Assembly (NCBI GenBank): GCA_964578925.1
Contig: CAZOEX010000001.1
Location: 1-36,478 of the forward strand
Direction of reading: 5' to 3'
DNA length: 36,478 bases
Origin: an uncultured Gemmatimonadota bacterium
Lineage (GTDB): Bacteria > Gemmatimonadota > Gemmatimonadetes > Palauibacterales > Palauibacteraceae
Numbering within the stretch: the stretch's first letter is position 1; each line of letters begins with the position of its first letter. The position numbers and the translations under genes were made by a program. Below are positions 34,968-36,478 of the stretch, piece by piece. Below the pieces are notes generated by a model that saw only the letters and a program-made list of their open reading frames with translations, made no database searches and was not told the origin of the DNA.

Positions 34968-35000
34968 CAATCGTCCGCGGTTCTCGCAATCGTCCGCGGT
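34968..35000. repeat. Tandem direct repeat, 2 x CAATCGTCCGCGGT with 19-bp period, immediately upstream of the 33841-34956 gene
   Basis: Copies at 34968-34981 and 34987-35000 are identical over 14 nt (17 of 19 nt if the following 5 nt are included). The period is not a multiple of 3. The repeat lies between the LytTR regulator gene and the downstream gene's GGAGAG SD and ATG. Confidence 0.6.
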
Positions 35001-35157
35001 CCTCCGTCTGCCGAGCGGGAGTGAGCACCGCGCCCGGACAATCGACGGCGCTCCCACTCGAAAGCAACGACGATCGGGGCCGCCGTCAACCCGCGATTCG
35101 ACGAACGCTCGTGCGGAGCCGACGAGCGGTAGAATCGAAGCAGGTGCCGGGCCTTCC

Positions 35158-35973
35158 TCAGATGACGAAGCGACGCAGCCGCTTCGAGCGCTCGCGGCTC
35201 GCCACGACCTTCGCGCCGCTCCGCAGCCGAATCTCGAGTCGGGAGCCGTCACACGGGACGATCTCGTCCACGTAGTCGAGGTTCACCATGTGCGAGCGAT
35301 GAACCCGGAGGAAGCGCTCCGGGTCGAGTCGCGCCTCGAAGTCCTTGAGGGGGACGTTGACGAGATGACCCCGGTCCGCGACATGAATGCGCACATAGTC
35401 ACCCCGCGCTTCGAAATGCTCGATGTCTGAGACGGACACGGGCACGATCCGGCCGCGGCCCCGCACGAAGAGCCTCCGAAGCGGGCGTCCGGGGGAGAGC
35501 GCCTCCCGGGCGCGCCCCACGACCTCGGCGTTCGAGATGCCGGCGAGCGCCATGGAATCGGGATCGTCGTCGGGGTCGCCCGCCGCGCCGTCGCGAACTC
35601 TCACCCCACGCCCGATCTCCACCCGTACCCGGTCCATCGCCTGTTCGAAGCGCTCGGTTCCGAAGGGCTTGAGGAGGTAGTCCAGCGCCTGGAGCTCGAA
35701 GGCCGTCACGGCGTATCGATCGTAAGCCGTCGTGAAGACGACGTGCGGACGGTGCTCGACCCGCTCCAGCACTTCGATGCCCGAGGCCCCGGGCATCCGG
35801 ATGTCGAGAAAGACGAGCGGGGGCCGGCGTTCGTCGATCAGGGACACGGCCGAGGGACCGTCCTCGGCCTCGATGACCTCACCGATCCATTCGACCCCGG
35901 AAGCCAGCCGCCGCAGCTTCCGCCGCGCCAGCGCCTCGTCGTCGGCGACCAGGGTCAGGATTCCTTCGCTCAT
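35158..35973 (-). CDS. LytR/AlgR-family response regulator (REC + LytTR DNA-binding domain)
   Basis: ILTLVADDEALARRKLRRL...PPLVFLDIRMPGASGIEVL (REC). C-terminal IEHFEARGDYVRIHVADRGHLVNVPLKDFEARLDPERFLRVHRSHMVNLDYV (LytTR). 4-nt overlap with the kinase gene. Confidence 0.9.
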   Translation of the reverse strand: MSEGILTLVADDEALARRKLRRLASGVEWIGEVIEAEDGPSAVSLIDERRPPLVFLDIRMPGASGIEVLERVEHRPHVVFTTAYDRYAVTAFELQALDYLLKPFGTERFEQAMDRVRVEIGRGVRVRDGAAGDPDDDPDSMALAGISNAEVVGRAREALSPGRPLRRLFVRGRGRIVPVSVSDIEHFEARGDYVRIHVADRGHLVNVPLKDFEARLDPERFLRVHRSHMVNLDYVDEIVPCDGSRLEIRLRSGAKVVASRERSKRLRRFVI

Positions 35974-36478
35974 GGCCGTGCCTCTCCTGCAATCGCCGCC
36001 GCGCCGCGTCGGGGCTCGACGGGCCCTGGCGCGAGACCCTCCGCGGGGATGTAGAGTGAGACGGCGAACCCCGCACCCGGCGAAGTCTCGATCGTGAGTT
36101 CGGCGCGACCGTCGTACAGATACCGGAGCCGCTGTCGAATCGAGCGCAGTCCGTGCCCGTGTGCGCGGTCGAGGCTGGGGGCGTCGATTCCCGGGCCATC
36201 GTCCGCCACGCGGAGACGGAGCCGGACATCGTCTCGGCGGGCCGTGACGCGGATCACGCCACCTTTCGATCTCTCGGCGACGGCGTGCCGCACCGCGTTC
36301 TCGACCAGGGGTTGAAGGGTGAACGGCGGTACCTGACAGGACAGAGCGATCTCGTCGAGGTCCGGTTCGACGCTGAGCCTGTCGCCGTACCGGAGACGCT
36401 CGAGCTCCAGGTAGTCTCGGGTGAACGCCCATTCCTCGGACAGCGGCACCGTGTCGCGATCGTCCTCGTCCAGGGTGT
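35970..36478 (-). CDS. LytS/YehU-type sensor histidine kinase, C-terminal part (5' end outside the window)
   Basis: VPLSEEWAFTRDYLELERLRYGDRL (His_kinase region) followed by the HATPase_c domain (QPLVENAVRHA N-box, VADDGPGI G1, GHGLRSIRQRL G2). Open to the window edge. Confidence 0.85.
   Translation of the reverse strand, partial: TLDEDDRDTVPLSEEWAFTRDYLELERLRYGDRLSVEPDLDEIALSCQVPPFTLQPLVENAVRHAVAERSKGGVIRVTARRDDVRLRLRVADDGPGIDAPSLDRAHGHGLRSIRQRLRYLYDGRAELTIETSPGAGFAVSLYIPAEGLAPGPVEPRRGAAAIAGEARP

Overview
High-GC (about 70% by eye), gene-dense chromosomal segment from an unidentified bacterium. The gene content (many ECF sigma/anti-sigma pairs, PDZ, DUF839, BNR, Tat and lipoprotein signals) would fit Gemmatimonadota or a similar soil or sediment lineage, but that is only a guess. 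I support about 43 protein-coding genes, many joined by 1-4 nt stop/start overlaps. I see no rRNA, tRNA, CRISPR array, transposase, integrase or phage genes. Main blocks: (1) a 7-gene plus-strand string: ECF sigma, ZAS anti-sigma, double-PDZ protein, LuxE-like, LuxC-like, M1 peptidase, Glu/Leu/Phe/Val-type dehydrogenase. (2) Housekeeping-like enzymes: rhodanese sulfurtransferase, SDR epimerase, M20 dipeptidase, Tat-exported DUF839/PhoX-like protein. (3) A 4.3-kb island (amicyanin-type cupredoxin, DUF4142, single-domain rhodanese, SigR/RsrA-like ECF pair, pentapeptide-repeat protein, cytochrome P460-family lipoprotein) bracketed by two diverged direct copies of a promoter-ArsR-SRPBCC module. 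(4) A MocR regulator divergent from an EamA-cupin-DoxX operon. (5) A DUF3127 protein with an SSB-like acidic C-terminal tip, coupled to a DMT transporter and a D-aminoacylase. (6) A minimal nucleotidyltransferase plus an overlapping small ORF. (7) A DrrAB-like ABC exporter with SnoaL-like and FAD-monooxygenase genes. (8) A LytS/LytTR two-component pair upstream of an internally duplicated secreted protein, with a tandem direct repeat in between. Two genes (DUF1697 and the second ArsR copy) carry apparent 1-nt frameshifts. All functional calls come from motif recognition by eye; no searches were run.
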